From the NCBI GenBank assembly GCA_036397795.1, contig DASWIF010000043.1, positions 1 through 53,514 on the forward strand: DNA of 53,514 nucleotides. Reading direction: 5' to 3'. The stretch's first letter is position 1. Each line of letters opens with the position of its first letter. A model generated the notes under the pieces. It saw nothing but the letters and a program-made list of their open reading frames with translations. It was not told the origin of the DNA and did not search any database. Of the stretch, positions 36,127 to 45,920 are shown in pieces. The position numbers and the translations under genes were made by a program. The stretch is from Candidatus Saccharimonadales bacterium (GTDB lineage: Bacteria; Patescibacteriota; Saccharimonadia; Saccharimonadales; DASWIF01).

Positions 36127-37181
36127 ATGTCACCACTCTTTAACAGACTCAAACCGACAGCAGTGCTGTACAAAGTGCGTTCAAGTTTATGGGGTGGTTG
36201 CAGCCGGCCAAAACTAATATTTTGTAACGGATCGACTAAACGGGTTGCAATCCTTAACTTATCAGTCAAATAACCGCTCAAGCCCGGCAGATTAGCCCCG
36301 CCACCTAAGATTACGATTTGGGATATCTTGCTGTTGTCTCCTGAACGCTCTGTGTAAAATCTTGAAATTCGCCTAATTTCGTTGATGAGTTGAGTAAGTA
36401 CTGGTTGGAGGGCTTTGGCGATTTGAGTTTGTTTTTTGCTGACATCTAGCCCGTAACGATTCTTGATAGTTTGCGCCTGTCGCAAGCTGACCCTTAAGAC
36501 TTTGGCGATTTCTTTTGAAAGCGTTTCACCGCCCCAGTCAGCGGTCCCAGTCACTCTAATCGTGTGGTCAAATACGGCTAAGTCTGAACTGATTGATCCA
36601 AAATCAATTATCAAGGTCGGGACAGAGGTATTATCGGCGTGGCTAACTGTTCTAGCCACGGAATTAATTGTTGTTTCAAACAATACTACCTCCAGGCCAA
36701 GTACGGCAAACAGGTTCAGGTATGAGTCCACAATACTCTTGGGCGCGGCGACAACTAAAACCTCAACCGATCCATCTTTAGCATGGTATACCACCTCGTA
36801 ATCCACGTACAACTCAGCCAAAGGGACCGGAATTGATTGCTCCACTTCCAGAAGAATTGCGCTCTCAACATCCTTACTTTCCATTGGTGGCAGGGTTACT
36901 ATCCGGCTATATGTAAGACCGGCCGGCAAGGCAGAAGTAACGCGTTTTGTTTCAATTTTTCCAATGATGTTACTTTTGAATAATTTAACCGTTTGCTTAG
37001 CGATGGTTTCAATGTCAACCAAAACGCCCTTTTTGACGGCGATTGGATCAAAGTCAATAGTTCCATAGCCAATAACGGAAGTTTTGCGACCGTTTTTTTC
37101 AACCTGGACAACTTTAATTGAACTATGCCCTAAATCGAAACCAAAAATTGGCTTATCCTTATAAAATACTGGTGCATTCAT
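36123..37181 (-). CDS. pilM: type IV pilus assembly ATPase-fold protein PilM
   Basis: Actin-like fold motifs GFDLGHSSIKVV, IIDFGSISSD, ILGGGANLPGL. Confidence 0.85.
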   Translation of the reverse strand: MNAPVFYKDKPIFGFDLGHSSIKVVQVEKNGRKTSVIGYGTIDFDPIAVKKGVLVDIETIAKQTVKLFKSNIIGKIETKRVTSALPAGLTYSRIVTLPPMESKDVESAILLEVEQSIPVPLAELYVDYEVVYHAKDGSVEVLVVAAPKSIVDSYLNLFAVLGLEVVLFETTINSVARTVSHADNTSVPTLIIDFGSISSDLAVFDHTIRVTGTADWGGETLSKEIAKVLRVSLRQAQTIKNRYGLDVSKKQTQIAKALQPVLTQLINEIRRISRFYTERSGDNSKISQIVILGGGANLPGLSGYLTDKLRIATRLVDPLQNISFGRLQPPHKLERTLYSTAVGLSLLKSGDI

Positions 37182-37299
37182 TGATAATCATAAGCATTAT
37201 TTAGCTTAAGTATAACAATAAAGAATAACCGACACTACATATCCTAATTCAGTTCAATTCATTGCGCTAGAAGTTAGTTATAGCTACTATATAGCTATA

Positions 37300-37689
37300 G
37301 TGCTTAAGTATAAAAATGGCTTCACGATTACCGAGTTATTGGTTGCGATTGCCTTGTTTGCAATCGTAGTTCCTTTGATGGCTGTTGGAATAAATAATCT
37401 CACCGTTCTTAATAATCGGGCGAGGGATCTAGCGCTAGCCAACACGATTGCTCAGAACAAAGTCGAGTTGCTTCGTAGCACCGGATTTAACAGTCTTATA
37501 GCCGGCACGGTCGACTTCAGCGACGAGTTGCCAGCAACTTTTTCTCAACCGCGCTCGGCCAACTACACCATTACGGACGATTCGTCCTCAGTGAAAGAAG
37601 TAACGGTTATAATAACTTATAAAGATTACGGTTCAACAAAAACCATTGAATACAAAAGTGCTATTAGTGAGCTCGGGGTAGCCCAATGA
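37300..37689 (+). CDS. minor (pseudo)pilin with prepilin-type N-terminal signal
   Basis: MLKYKNG|FTITELLVAIALFAIV class III signal with Glu at +5. Confidence 0.75.
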   Translation: MLKYKNGFTITELLVAIALFAIVVPLMAVGINNLTVLNNRARDLALANTIAQNKVELLRSTGFNSLIAGTVDFSDELPATFSQPRSANYTITDDSSSVKEVTVIITYKDYGSTKTIEYKSAISELGVAQ

Positions 37690-38345
37690 CTATTAAAAAC
37701 TCCGGGTACACTATCGTTGAATTAATTATTGCTATCGTGGTTGCTACCGTGCTGGCCGGTGTTTTATTTGTAATAACGATTAATTATTATGGCGCCGCTT
37801 TCCGAGCCGAAGCTACTACCCAAATGGCCCTGGAATCACAAGCCTTTTTATTGAGGTTAGTCGAAGACACAAAACTTGCCGGTTCAATTGGCAGCACAAA
37901 TTTAATTGATGATTCAAACGGGCCAGCTGGCGGTTGGACGACCAACGATCCTAGCAACATACTAATTATCCGCGAACCAGCAACTGACGTTGATCGAAAT
38001 ATAATATATGATAGCCTGACTGGCTACCCATACTATAACGAATTCATATATTTTCTTGATGGACCTAACATGTATAAAAGAGTGTTGAAAAATGAAAACG
38101 CTAGTGGTAACACGGCTATCACGACTTGTCCGCCAGCCGTCGCTAACGCGTCTTGTCCGACCGACCGATTGTTTAGCGATAAAGTTTCGAATTTGACATT
38201 TGTGTTTTATGATCACGCCGGTACCACCACCGCCGATGCCGGCCAAGCCAAGTCGATTGATTTCTCAGTTGATATGGAAACACCAGTGTTTGGTGAAATC
38301 TTAAAACTAGCAAATTCAATTCATGTTACGTTGAGAAACCAATGA
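37686..38345 (+). CDS. minor pilin (PilW-like)
   Basis: MTIKNSG|YTIVELIIAIVVATVL. 4 nt overlaps on both sides. Confidence 0.7.
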   Translation: MTIKNSGYTIVELIIAIVVATVLAGVLFVITINYYGAAFRAEATTQMALESQAFLLRLVEDTKLAGSIGSTNLIDDSNGPAGGWTTNDPSNILIIREPATDVDRNIIYDSLTGYPYYNEFIYFLDGPNMYKRVLKNENASGNTAITTCPPAVANASCPTDRLFSDKVSNLTFVFYDHAGTTTADAGQAKSIDFSVDMETPVFGEILKLANSIHVTLRNQ

Positions 38346-39745
38346 CCAATAAGATATTTAATTGGTTTCGATCCACAGAGCGTGGCTTCATTTTGCCGAT
38401 ATTTGTAATTACGATGGTGCTCGTTAGCCTGATGATAGTTGCTATTAATAGCGGGGCAGTTTTGAATTATCGGACCGCTCGGCAGTCACAATATGATGTT
38501 AGCGCTCAGCTTGCAGCTGACTCAGGGCTGGATAGGGCGTTAGTAGAGCTTACTAACGACTCAAATTGGCCTGGTAGCGGGTCAGAAGTTGAAGTCGTTA
38601 ATACTGACGACATTCGTACTACATTTGAAACTGTAGTCAGTGATGGCGCTACAGCCAGCCAAAAAACAATTGCTGTTACAGCCCGAACTTACTCGCCATC
38701 GACCGAGTCGTCACCTGACATTGTTAGAAGATTCGAAATTGATGTCGAAGCAATAACATCCGGTACTGGTCCGGCGTCAGTCGTTAGTGGTGTCGGCGGG
38801 CTGGTACTTAACAATAACGCGAAAATATCAGGCGGCGACGTATTGGTAAACGGCAAGGTGACCATTAACAACAATGCTCAAATTGGGCTGTCGACAAATC
38901 CCGTGAACGTCAGGGTGGCACACCAGAGTTGCCCTAACCCGCCAAACGGCACTTATCCACAGGTCTGCGCCAGCGGTGAAAATGGCCAGCCGATCAGTAT
39001 TGGCAATAATGGGAAAATCTATGGGGATGTCCGCGCGACCAACCAAACTGACGGGGCGGAAATGTTTAATCCCGGGCTGATTCCAAATCAAACATTTGAT
39101 CCGGTGGATTTGCCGGACTACGACCGTGATGCCCAAAAAGCCGCAGTTGCTACGACCCAGTCACCAGCTACGGCAACTTGTAGTAATAACGAAACCAAAA
39201 CCTGGCCGGCCAATCTGAAAATAACCGGCAATGTTACCTTCGCAAACAACTGCACAATTAACGTAAGTGGCGACGTATGGATAACCGGTAATCTGAATAC
39301 TGGGAACAATTCAAGACTGGTAATTTCTAGCTCTTTAGGAACAACGACGCCGACGATTATGATCGATGGTTCGAGTGGCTTTTCATTTGGCAATAACGGT
39401 CAGATTATCCCTAATAGTTCTGGTACGGGAGCCCAGGTTATTACTTACTGGAGCGCCGATACCAGTTGTTCACCAGACTGTACGGACGTAACGGGCTCGA
39501 GTTTAGCCGCCAGCCAGTCAACCACCACCATTAATCTTAGCAATAACGGTTCAGCGCAAAACAGTATATTTTATGCCCGCTGGTCGAGAGTAGTGGTGTC
39601 AAATAACGGTGGTTTGGGAGCAGTCGCCGGGCAGACTGTCCAACTAGGCAATAACGCTGTTATTAGTTTTACCGCGGCCATACCAGGCAGCGACAACCTA
39701 ATCACCACCTGGGTTAAGCGGGGGTTTATGAGGGTCTACCAGTAA
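38342..39745 (+). CDS. large PilX-like pilus-associated protein with beta-helix-like repeats
   Basis: Hydrophobic N-terminus RGFILPIFVITMVLVSLMIVAI without Glu+5. Recurrent NN(N)A/G-x-I/V motifs (LNNNAKISGG, INNNAQIG, IGNNGKIYG, FGNNGQII, LSNNGSAQ, VSNNGGLG, LGNNAVIS). Confidence 0.55.
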   Translation: MTNKIFNWFRSTERGFILPIFVITMVLVSLMIVAINSGAVLNYRTARQSQYDVSAQLAADSGLDRALVELTNDSNWPGSGSEVEVVNTDDIRTTFETVVSDGATASQKTIAVTARTYSPSTESSPDIVRRFEIDVEAITSGTGPASVVSGVGGLVLNNNAKISGGDVLVNGKVTINNNAQIGLSTNPVNVRVAHQSCPNPPNGTYPQVCASGENGQPISIGNNGKIYGDVRATNQTDGAEMFNPGLIPNQTFDPVDLPDYDRDAQKAAVATTQSPATATCSNNETKTWPANLKITGNVTFANNCTINVSGDVWITGNLNTGNNSRLVISSSLGTTTPTIMIDGSSGFSFGNNGQIIPNSSGTGAQVITYWSADTSCSPDCTDVTGSSLAASQSTTTINLSNNGSAQNSIFYARWSRVVVSNNGGLGAVAGQTVQLGNNAVISFTAAIPGSDNLITTWVKRGFMRVYQ

Positions 39746-39810
39746 GTAGTTAGAACTACTCTATGATGCAATTCCAAGATTCTTTGCGTCCTATATAACT
39801 ACGGATTATT

Positions 39811-39843
39811 AAAAACCAGCCCTCGTCGATAGGGCTGGTTTTT
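39811..39843. terminator. bidirectional intrinsic terminator between convergent pilus genes
   Basis: AAAAA-CCAGCCCT-cgtcgat-AGGGCTGG-TTTTT. Confidence 0.65.
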
Positions 39844-39870
39844 AAAACCTAAATAGCTTAAGAAGCAGAC

Positions 39871-40344
39871 TTAATTCAGACTATTTTTGGTGTAGACAGA
39901 ACCATCCGACTCAAGGGTCGTGCTTAGTACAAACGAGCCACACTGCCCACCCGAACAAGTCGCGCCAGTCAGATCGTAGTAATACTCTCCGTCGCCCGCG
40001 TCAGCCGAGGTGTTTACGTTTGTCTGTCCCTGATTCGGGTCGACCAAGGCATCAGCGTCTAGACCCCTCGTAGGCATAACAACTGAAATGTCACAGCTGC
40101 CGGTGCCGTCACCGCAAGTTGTAGCGGTAGAGTTGTCCGGGTAGTGGCCGAAATCAGCGTAGTACGCCTCGAGTTGTGTGGCGATTGAGTTAAGGTCGGT
40201 GCGTCGTTCTGTGTCGCGCGCTCGAGCTTGAACCCCTTGGAACGTGTTTAAGACCAATGCGGCCAAGATGCCAATGACCACAATGACGATCAAGAGCTCG
40301 ACGATCGTAAAACCGGCTTGTTTTTTGCTAAATTGTTTGAGCAT
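39871..40344 (-). CDS. pilA: major type IV pilin
   Basis: MLKQFSKKQAG|FTIVELLIVIVVIGILAAL. Four Cys in the C-terminal half. Strong SD AGGAGGTG. Confidence 0.85.
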   Translation of the reverse strand: MLKQFSKKQAGFTIVELLIVIVVIGILAALVLNTFQGVQARARDTERRTDLNSIATQLEAYYADFGHYPDNSTATTCGDGTGSCDISVVMPTRGLDADALVDPNQGQTNVNTSADAGDGEYYYDLTGATCSGGQCGSFVLSTTLESDGSVYTKNSLN

Positions 40345-40405
40345 AGGGTGCCCACCTCCTAATTAATGTTAGTTCGATCACCCCACGGGGGTTATCTAAG
40401 CCAGT

Positions 40406-40433
40406 ATTATAACGATAAGCGTAAGCGTGTCAA
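40406..40433 (-). promoter_or_regulatory. consensus sigma70-type promoter for pilA
   Basis: On the minus strand: TTGACA, 16 nt spacer, TATAAT. Followed by a CCCCGTGGGG hairpin and the SD. Confidence 0.55.
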
Positions 40434-40440
40434 CAGATGC

Positions 40441-41670
40441 TTATTGAATATTTTGGCTCAGTGAACTAATTGGGCCGATGACACTAGCGGCGATTAAGCC
40501 GACCATCCCGCCCATAACCACAATCATTAAGGGTTCAATAATCGAACTTAAACTATCGACCAGGGTATCGACCTCTTCTTCATAGAAGTCCGCAACCTTA
40601 ACGAGTATTGTGTCGGTTTGTCCGGTTTCTTCTCCGACGGACAACATCTGGGATACAATCGGTGGGAAGATTGTGCTTTGGCTGAGCGGCTCCGATAATT
40701 GTTTACCGGCCATTACAGCCTTGCTTGCTGCCCTAAGCTCTTGTTCGATTACTTTATTACCAAGGGCGTTTGCGGTGACGTTTATTGAATCGAGCACTGA
40801 TACACCAGCGCCCATCAAACTGCTAAATGTTCTGGCGAATCTAGCAATTGCAACTTTGATTACCAGGGTTTTTATGACCGGTATTTTGAGCAGTAGTTTA
40901 TCTAGTGCCGCCTTTCCTGACGGGGTTTTGACAAACCGCCGGACGATAATTGTCAAACCGACTATCACGCCAAATACGATTAACCAATAACTTATCATAA
41001 AGTCACTAAACGCCAACATAACGCGCGTATACGGCGGCAGTGCCGCACGTCCGTCGCTGAGATCAGTAATGATGCGACCAATTTTAGGTATGACCACCAA
41101 CATCAAAGCAAAAAAGGCGATAATAGTGATAGTTAATAACACCGCCGGATAAGTCATTGCCCCTTTTATTTTCTTTCTTATGCTGGCATCTTTTTCTTGT
41201 TGCAAAGCTAATCGTTTTAATATTTCATCCAAGATACCGCCGGCTTCTCCTGCCCGGACCATGTTTATATAGATTGGGTTAAAGACGTCTTTATGTTTTT
41301 CCAGAGCATCGGCGAAATTAATACCGCCTTCAACGTCTTTAGTTACTATTTCCAGTACCGTGTTAAGTTTTTTACTGTTGGTTTGCGAACGCAAAGTCGC
41401 TAAGCTTCTAACCAGCGGCACTCCGGCGTTGATCATAGTCGATAGCTGGCGGGTAAAGATGACAAGATCCCGGGATTTAACCTTGCTGCTGCCGGGCAGG
41501 CGGAGCTGGATATTATTCGGGTCGAACCCGCTCTTATGAGGTTTGATTAACAGCGGTTTAAAGCCTTGTTTGGCCAGCATTTCACCGGCGATATCCTTAC
41601 TGCCGGCTTCAATCGTGCCGGCGACGGTTTTGTTCTGCTTATTGACGGCTGAATAGTCGAATTTTGCCAT
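40441..41670 (-). CDS. pilC: type IV pilus platform protein PilC (GspF family)
   Basis: Two GspF repeats. FTRQLSTMINAGVPL and FARTFSSLMGAGVSV. Confidence 0.9.
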   Translation of the reverse strand: MAKFDYSAVNKQNKTVAGTIEAGSKDIAGEMLAKQGFKPLLIKPHKSGFDPNNIQLRLPGSSKVKSRDLVIFTRQLSTMINAGVPLVRSLATLRSQTNSKKLNTVLEIVTKDVEGGINFADALEKHKDVFNPIYINMVRAGEAGGILDEILKRLALQQEKDASIRKKIKGAMTYPAVLLTITIIAFFALMLVVIPKIGRIITDLSDGRAALPPYTRVMLAFSDFMISYWLIVFGVIVGLTIIVRRFVKTPSGKAALDKLLLKIPVIKTLVIKVAIARFARTFSSLMGAGVSVLDSINVTANALGNKVIEQELRAASKAVMAGKQLSEPLSQSTIFPPIVSQMLSVGEETGQTDTILVKVADFYEEEVDTLVDSLSSIIEPLMIVVMGGMVGLIAASVIGPISSLSQNIQ

Positions 41671-41679
41671 TTTGGTTAC

Positions 41680-43470
41680 TTAGTCCCTCGTTACCCTTAC
41701 GATTTCTTCAATAGTCGTCATGCCGCACAAGGCCTTAATCAACCCGTCGAGCTGCATCGTTATCATGCCCTGCTCGATTGCTTTATTTTGGATATCTTCA
41801 CTGGTCGCGCCGGCCATGATCAGCTTTTGGATGTCACTGGTGTTAGCCAGTACCTCATAAATACCCATTCGACCCTTGTATTCGGTTTCGGTTGGCGGTT
41901 TGTCGGTCGCTGCGGTTTTTTTGGCCCGCCAAAACACCGGTTTGGCGGTTTTTTCGACTTTAAAACGTTCCTGGGCTTGGTTAACCAGTTGCATCAAATT
42001 CTTCCAATCGGTCTGGTTCTTAACGCCAAAAACCTTTTCTATTTGTTTATACTCCTCGTCGCTTGGTTCATATTTCTCGGCCATGTCGGGGTTAAGTTTT
42101 CTGACCAGCCGCTGGCCGACGACCACCCGGACGGTGCTGGCGATAAGAAACGGCTCGATGCGCATGTCTAACAGCCGAGGCAGACAAGTGGCGGCATTGT
42201 TGGTGTGCAAGGTAGAAAAGACCAAATGGCCGGTTAAGGCGGCCTGAACTCCCAGCCCGGCCGTCTCGCCGTCCCTGATCTCGCCGACCATTATGATGTT
42301 AGGGTCTTGGCGTAGCAGCGCCCGCAAGCCGTTGGCAAAAGTCATATTGGCTTTGGGGTTAACCTGGGTCTGATTGACACCCTGCAGACGGTACTCAACC
42401 GGGTCTTCGACGGTGCTGATATTGACGTCGGGTCCGTTTAAGATATTGAGAATACTATGGAGAGTGGTAGATTTACCCGAACCAGTCGGTCCAGTGACCA
42501 AGATCATGCCGTTCGGTTCTAAAATTGATTCATTGATTCTATCTAAGGCGCCGTCCCAAAAACCCAAATCCTCCAGACTAGCGGGATCACTTGATTCGTC
42601 TAGGATACGCATGACGACTTTTTCGCCGTCGACTGTCGGTAGGGTCGAAACCCTAAAAGCAAATATCCGGCCGTTAAGATTTATTTTGAAGCGGCCATCC
42701 TGGGGGGACCGCCGCTCGTCAATTTTGAGGTTGCTTAAGATCTTTATCCGGCTAACTAAGGCGGCGTGAACTTTTTTCGGCAGCTTGTTGGCTTCTTTTA
42801 AGACTCCGTCTACCCGGTACCTAACCTGAACCGACTCGTCCCTCGGCTCGATGTGGATGTCGCTGGAGTTTGATTTGATGGCATACTCGATGATCAAATT
42901 GACGGTTTGGGCGATCGGCGAGTCCTCGGCGACGTCGGATTCGCTGATATCATCTTCGTCCGGCACGTCCTCGTCGGATATGACTTCGGTGATCTCGCTC
43001 GATATGTTACCGCGGTACTGGTCCAGAGCCGCCAGAATATCCTGGCGGGTAGCAACGTTGATTTCGAGTTTCTTGCCGACTTGTTTTTGCAGAAAATCAA
43101 TAGCCTGAACATCATCCGGGTCTTCCATCGCCAGAATTTTGGTGCCGTCCGCCTTTAGACCCAATAGGGCCACGTTGTATTTGCGGGCAATTCGTTCGGG
43201 GATTTGCTTTAAAACTTCTTCATTGATGCTTTTTGGGTCGATTTGAATAAACGGGATGTCGATCTCTTTGGCGTAAAGATCGGTCAGCTCGATTTCATTG
43301 ACCAGCTCTTCCTTGATGACGATATCCTGCAGGGGTTTCTTGTGGGTCTTGACCTTTTCTAGCAGTCCTTCGACTTGGTCTTCTTTGATTTTGCCAGCGT
43401 CTAATAGCAGTTGCTGGACCATTGAATCCGGTATCCGCATATCAAGGTGTATTGTAGCGTAATCGCTCAT
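41680..43470 (-). CDS. pilB: type IV pilus assembly ATPase PilB (GspE family)
   Basis: Walker A GPTGSGKST, Asp box, Walker B IMVGEIRD, His box. Start moved to the ATG at 43470 (MSDYATI); the ORF-track start at 43623 would overlap recA. Confidence 0.9.
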   Translation of the reverse strand: MSDYATIHLDMRIPDSMVQQLLLDAGKIKEDQVEGLLEKVKTHKKPLQDIVIKEELVNEIELTDLYAKEIDIPFIQIDPKSINEEVLKQIPERIARKYNVALLGLKADGTKILAMEDPDDVQAIDFLQKQVGKKLEINVATRQDILAALDQYRGNISSEITEVISDEDVPDEDDISESDVAEDSPIAQTVNLIIEYAIKSNSSDIHIEPRDESVQVRYRVDGVLKEANKLPKKVHAALVSRIKILSNLKIDERRSPQDGRFKINLNGRIFAFRVSTLPTVDGEKVVMRILDESSDPASLEDLGFWDGALDRINESILEPNGMILVTGPTGSGKSTTLHSILNILNGPDVNISTVEDPVEYRLQGVNQTQVNPKANMTFANGLRALLRQDPNIIMVGEIRDGETAGLGVQAALTGHLVFSTLHTNNAATCLPRLLDMRIEPFLIASTVRVVVGQRLVRKLNPDMAEKYEPSDEEYKQIEKVFGVKNQTDWKNLMQLVNQAQERFKVEKTAKPVFWRAKKTAATDKPPTETEYKGRMGIYEVLANTSDIQKLIMAGATSEDIQNKAIEQGMITMQLDGLIKALCGMTTIEEIVRVTRD

Positions 43471-43472
43471 GC

Positions 43473-43500
43473 TTGGATAGCAGCCTGGCTGCGCTATACT
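43473..43500 (+). promoter_or_regulatory. possible recA promoter
   Basis: TTGGAT, 16 nt spacer, TATACT, then AAGGAG as SD. Confidence 0.35.
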
Positions 43501-43524
43501 TGAATCTACAAAAGGAGCAAAACC

Positions 43525-44556
43525 ATGGCCAAAAAGTCCGATTCGACGGCGAAGCAAACAGATGAAAAAAGTAGTGGTCGGAGTAAAGCCTTGGGGCTGG
43601 CTCTGGAACAGATTGAAAAACAATTTGGCGCCGGCGCAATTATGCGTCTGGGCGAATCCCAGAAAATCAATGTCGCCACTTTTGGTTCCGGTGCTTTAAG
43701 CCTGGACCTAGCACTCGGCGGTGGTTATCCGCACGGCCGGATTATCGAAGTCTACGGCCCGGAAAGCTCGGGCAAAACCACACTGGCCTTACACGCCGTG
43801 GCGGAAATTCAAACCGGCGGCGGTACGGCCGCTTTCGTCGACGCCGAACACGCCCTGGATCCGCAATACGCCAAACGGCTCGGTGTAAACTTAGACGAAC
43901 TTTACATCGCCCAACCAGATAGCGGCGAGCAAGCGCTGGAGATTACCGAGACGCTAGTGCGGTCAAATGCAGTCGATCTAATCGTGGTCGATTCGGTCGC
44001 GGCTTTGGTGCCTCGGGCCGAGCTGGAAGGAGAGATGGGGGATGCCCATGTTGGGCTACAGGCCAGGTTGATGAGCCAAGCGCTAAGAAAACTAGCCGGA
44101 GTAATTTCCAAGTCCAAATCAACGGTCATATTTATCAATCAAATCCGCATGAAAATCGGTGTTATGTTTGGCAATCCAGAGACCACGACCGGCGGCAACG
44201 CGCTGAAATTTTACGCCTCGATTAGGCTCGATATCCGCCGTATCGGTCAAATCAAAGACGGCGAGGATTCGGTCGGCAATCGGGTACGGGTCAAAGTCGT
44301 AAAAAATAAAATCGCCCCGCCGTTTAGAAACGCCGAATTTGACATTATGTTCAACGAGGGTATATCAAAAAGCGGCGACGTGCTCGATTTGGCGACCGAG
44401 CGCGGGATCGTCGGTAAAAGCGGCGCCTGGTACGACTACAACCAACAGAAGATCGCCCAGGGCCGGGAAGCGGCCAAACAGTATTTGACCGACAACCCCA
44501 AGGTGCTGGCTGAGATCGAGCAGAAAGTTCGCGACGCCGCCAAAAAAGCCGACTAG
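43525..44556 (+). CDS. recA: recombinase RecA
   Basis: [30 protein letters not shown]. Confidence 0.97.
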   Translation: MAKKSDSTAKQTDEKSSGRSKALGLALEQIEKQFGAGAIMRLGESQKINVATFGSGALSLDLALGGGYPHGRIIEVYGPESSGKTTLALHAVAEIQTGGGTAAFVDAEHALDPQYAKRLGVNLDELYIAQPDSGEQALEITETLVRSNAVDLIVVDSVAALVPRAELEGEMGDAHVGLQARLMSQALRKLAGVISKSKSTVIFINQIRMKIGVMFGNPETTTGGNALKFYASIRLDIRRIGQIKDGEDSVGNRVRVKVVKNKIAPPFRNAEFDIMFNEGISKSGDVLDLATERGIVGKSGAWYDYNQQKIAQGREAAKQYLTDNPKVLAEIEQKVRDAAKKAD

Positions 44557-45149
44557 TGGCCAAGATATCGGCGATAAAACAACAGGTTAAACGAACCGGG
44601 CGGGTATCGGTCTATCTCGACGGCAGATACAGTTTTTCCCTGGCCCGGGATCAGTTGGTGCAGTTGGGCCTGAAAGTCGGACAGGAGTTGAAGCCGCCGG
44701 AAGTAAACCGCCTCAAGACGGACATGGCCTATGGCAAACTCCGGGATCTGGTCTATAAATGGCTCAGTCTGCGGTCGCGCTCAGAATATGAAATAAATGA
44801 GTACTTGCGCAAAAAAACTGATGATGAGGACCTAAAGAAACGAATTGTCGAAGAACTAAAATTATATAATTATGTTGACGACAACAAATTTAGCGAGATG
44901 TGGATCAGAAACCGCCGGCTGCTCAAGCCCGTATCAAAATACCGGCTGAGGCAGGAACTATTGCAAAAGCGCGTGCCGCAAGAAATTATCGCCGAGAGTC
45001 TGGATTCGGCTAAACTCGATGACTTGGCGGCGGCCAAAGCCGTAATCGCACGGCGCGGGCAGCGGTATGCAGACCAACAAAAGTTGATGGCTTATTTGGC
45101 GCGCCAGGGGTTTAGTTACGATGTAATCAAGCGAGCTTTGGCGGACTAA
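44556..45149 (+). CDS. recX: RecA regulator RecX
   Basis: GTG overlapping the recA TAG by 1 nt. Repeated three-helix RecX pattern (YLSLRSRSEYEINEYL...). Confidence 0.8.
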   Translation: MAKISAIKQQVKRTGRVSVYLDGRYSFSLARDQLVQLGLKVGQELKPPEVNRLKTDMAYGKLRDLVYKWLSLRSRSEYEINEYLRKKTDDEDLKKRIVEELKLYNYVDDNKFSEMWIRNRRLLKPVSKYRLRQELLQKRVPQEIIAESLDSAKLDDLAAAKAVIARRGQRYADQQKLMAYLARQGFSYDVIKRALAD

Positions 45150-45153
45150 TGAG

Positions 45154-45189
45154 ACTATATAATTTTCTAGACATAGTTATATAATTAAT
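45154..45189. repeat. composite AT-rich repeat unit 1 (11 bp box, 9 nt spacer, 16 bp box)
   Basis: ACTATATAATT-ttctagaca-TAGTTATATAATTAAT. Confidence 0.85.
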
Positions 45190-45242
45190 GAAACAGCCGC
45201 AGATATAACAGAGAAAAAACAAACTATATATCTGTTAATAAA

Positions 45243-45278
45243 ACTATATAATTACTATAACTTAGTTATATAATTAAT
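45243..45278. repeat. composite AT-rich repeat unit 2
   Basis: ACTATATAATT-actataact-TAGTTATATAATTAAT. Both boxes and the spacing are identical to unit 1, 89 bp away. Confidence 0.85.
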
Positions 45279-45283
45279 TTTGA

Positions 45284-45859
45284 TTATTCATCCGTTATCG
45301 ATGACGAGTCGGGATTCAGGGCCGGTTTGGCGGTGCCGAACAACAGTTTTTTAAGCGACCAGCCGCGGCTGGTTTTAACCGTCGCGCTTTTGACCACGAT
45401 TTCGGTATCGCTGACCTTGACGATTTGCTGCCGGTGGATAATCAGCTCGGTGGTAGATAGGCTTTTTGTTACTGTCTGGCGGACGTTGATCCGCATTATT
45501 TTCCAGCCCAAAGTGTCAAACGCAAAACCGTTGACTTTGCCCAGGCGCCGGCCGTCTTCGGTTAAAACCGGTTTATCGATCAGTTGAAAGTCAATATCGA
45601 CCACTTCTTTTAGCCGGACGAGCCCATCCGGTTCCATTAGCTGTTCGTTATGGTCAATGATCGCGCCTTGGCTGGAGAAATCGCGGATGTCAACGGTGTG
45701 GAGAATCAGCGGAGCGGGGTTGAGCCGGGTTTTGACGTAGAGCGCCATTACTTCCAGGCGGCGCGGGTCGATCAAATAACCGCTCACCTGCCCGACTTTA
45801 TGCGACGCCTGGACGCTGGCGACGTCGGTACCGATCAGTTTGTTATTTAGAACTAGCAT
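45284..45859 (-). CDS. PRC-barrel-like domain protein
   Basis: 191 aa. Two similar halves (GTDVASVQASHKVGQVSGYLIDP... and TEDGRRLGKVNGFAFD...) resemble PRC-barrel modules. Confidence 0.4.
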   Translation of the reverse strand: MLVLNNKLIGTDVASVQASHKVGQVSGYLIDPRRLEVMALYVKTRLNPAPLILHTVDIRDFSSQGAIIDHNEQLMEPDGLVRLKEVVDIDFQLIDKPVLTEDGRRLGKVNGFAFDTLGWKIMRINVRQTVTKSLSTTELIIHRQQIVKVSDTEIVVKSATVKTSRGWSLKKLLFGTAKPALNPDSSSITDE

Positions 45860-45920
45860 AAGTACTATTGTAGCTTAAGCACGTTATAGACAAAACATGC
45901 TTATGATTGCATAAAATTAA

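Noticed and set aside
41680-43623. ORF-track start at 43623 for the pilB ORF, adding 51 N-terminal residues ([13 protein letters not shown]...)
   Set aside because: The extension overlaps the recA start and promoter on the other strand and has no similarity to GspE N-termini. The ATG at 43470 (MSDYATI...) gives a normal PilB N-terminus.
45154-45278. AT-rich direct repeats considered as a CRISPR array
   Set aside because: There are only two full units, the repeats are AT-rich composite boxes rather than 24-40 bp repeats with unique spacers, and there are no cas genes in the window.
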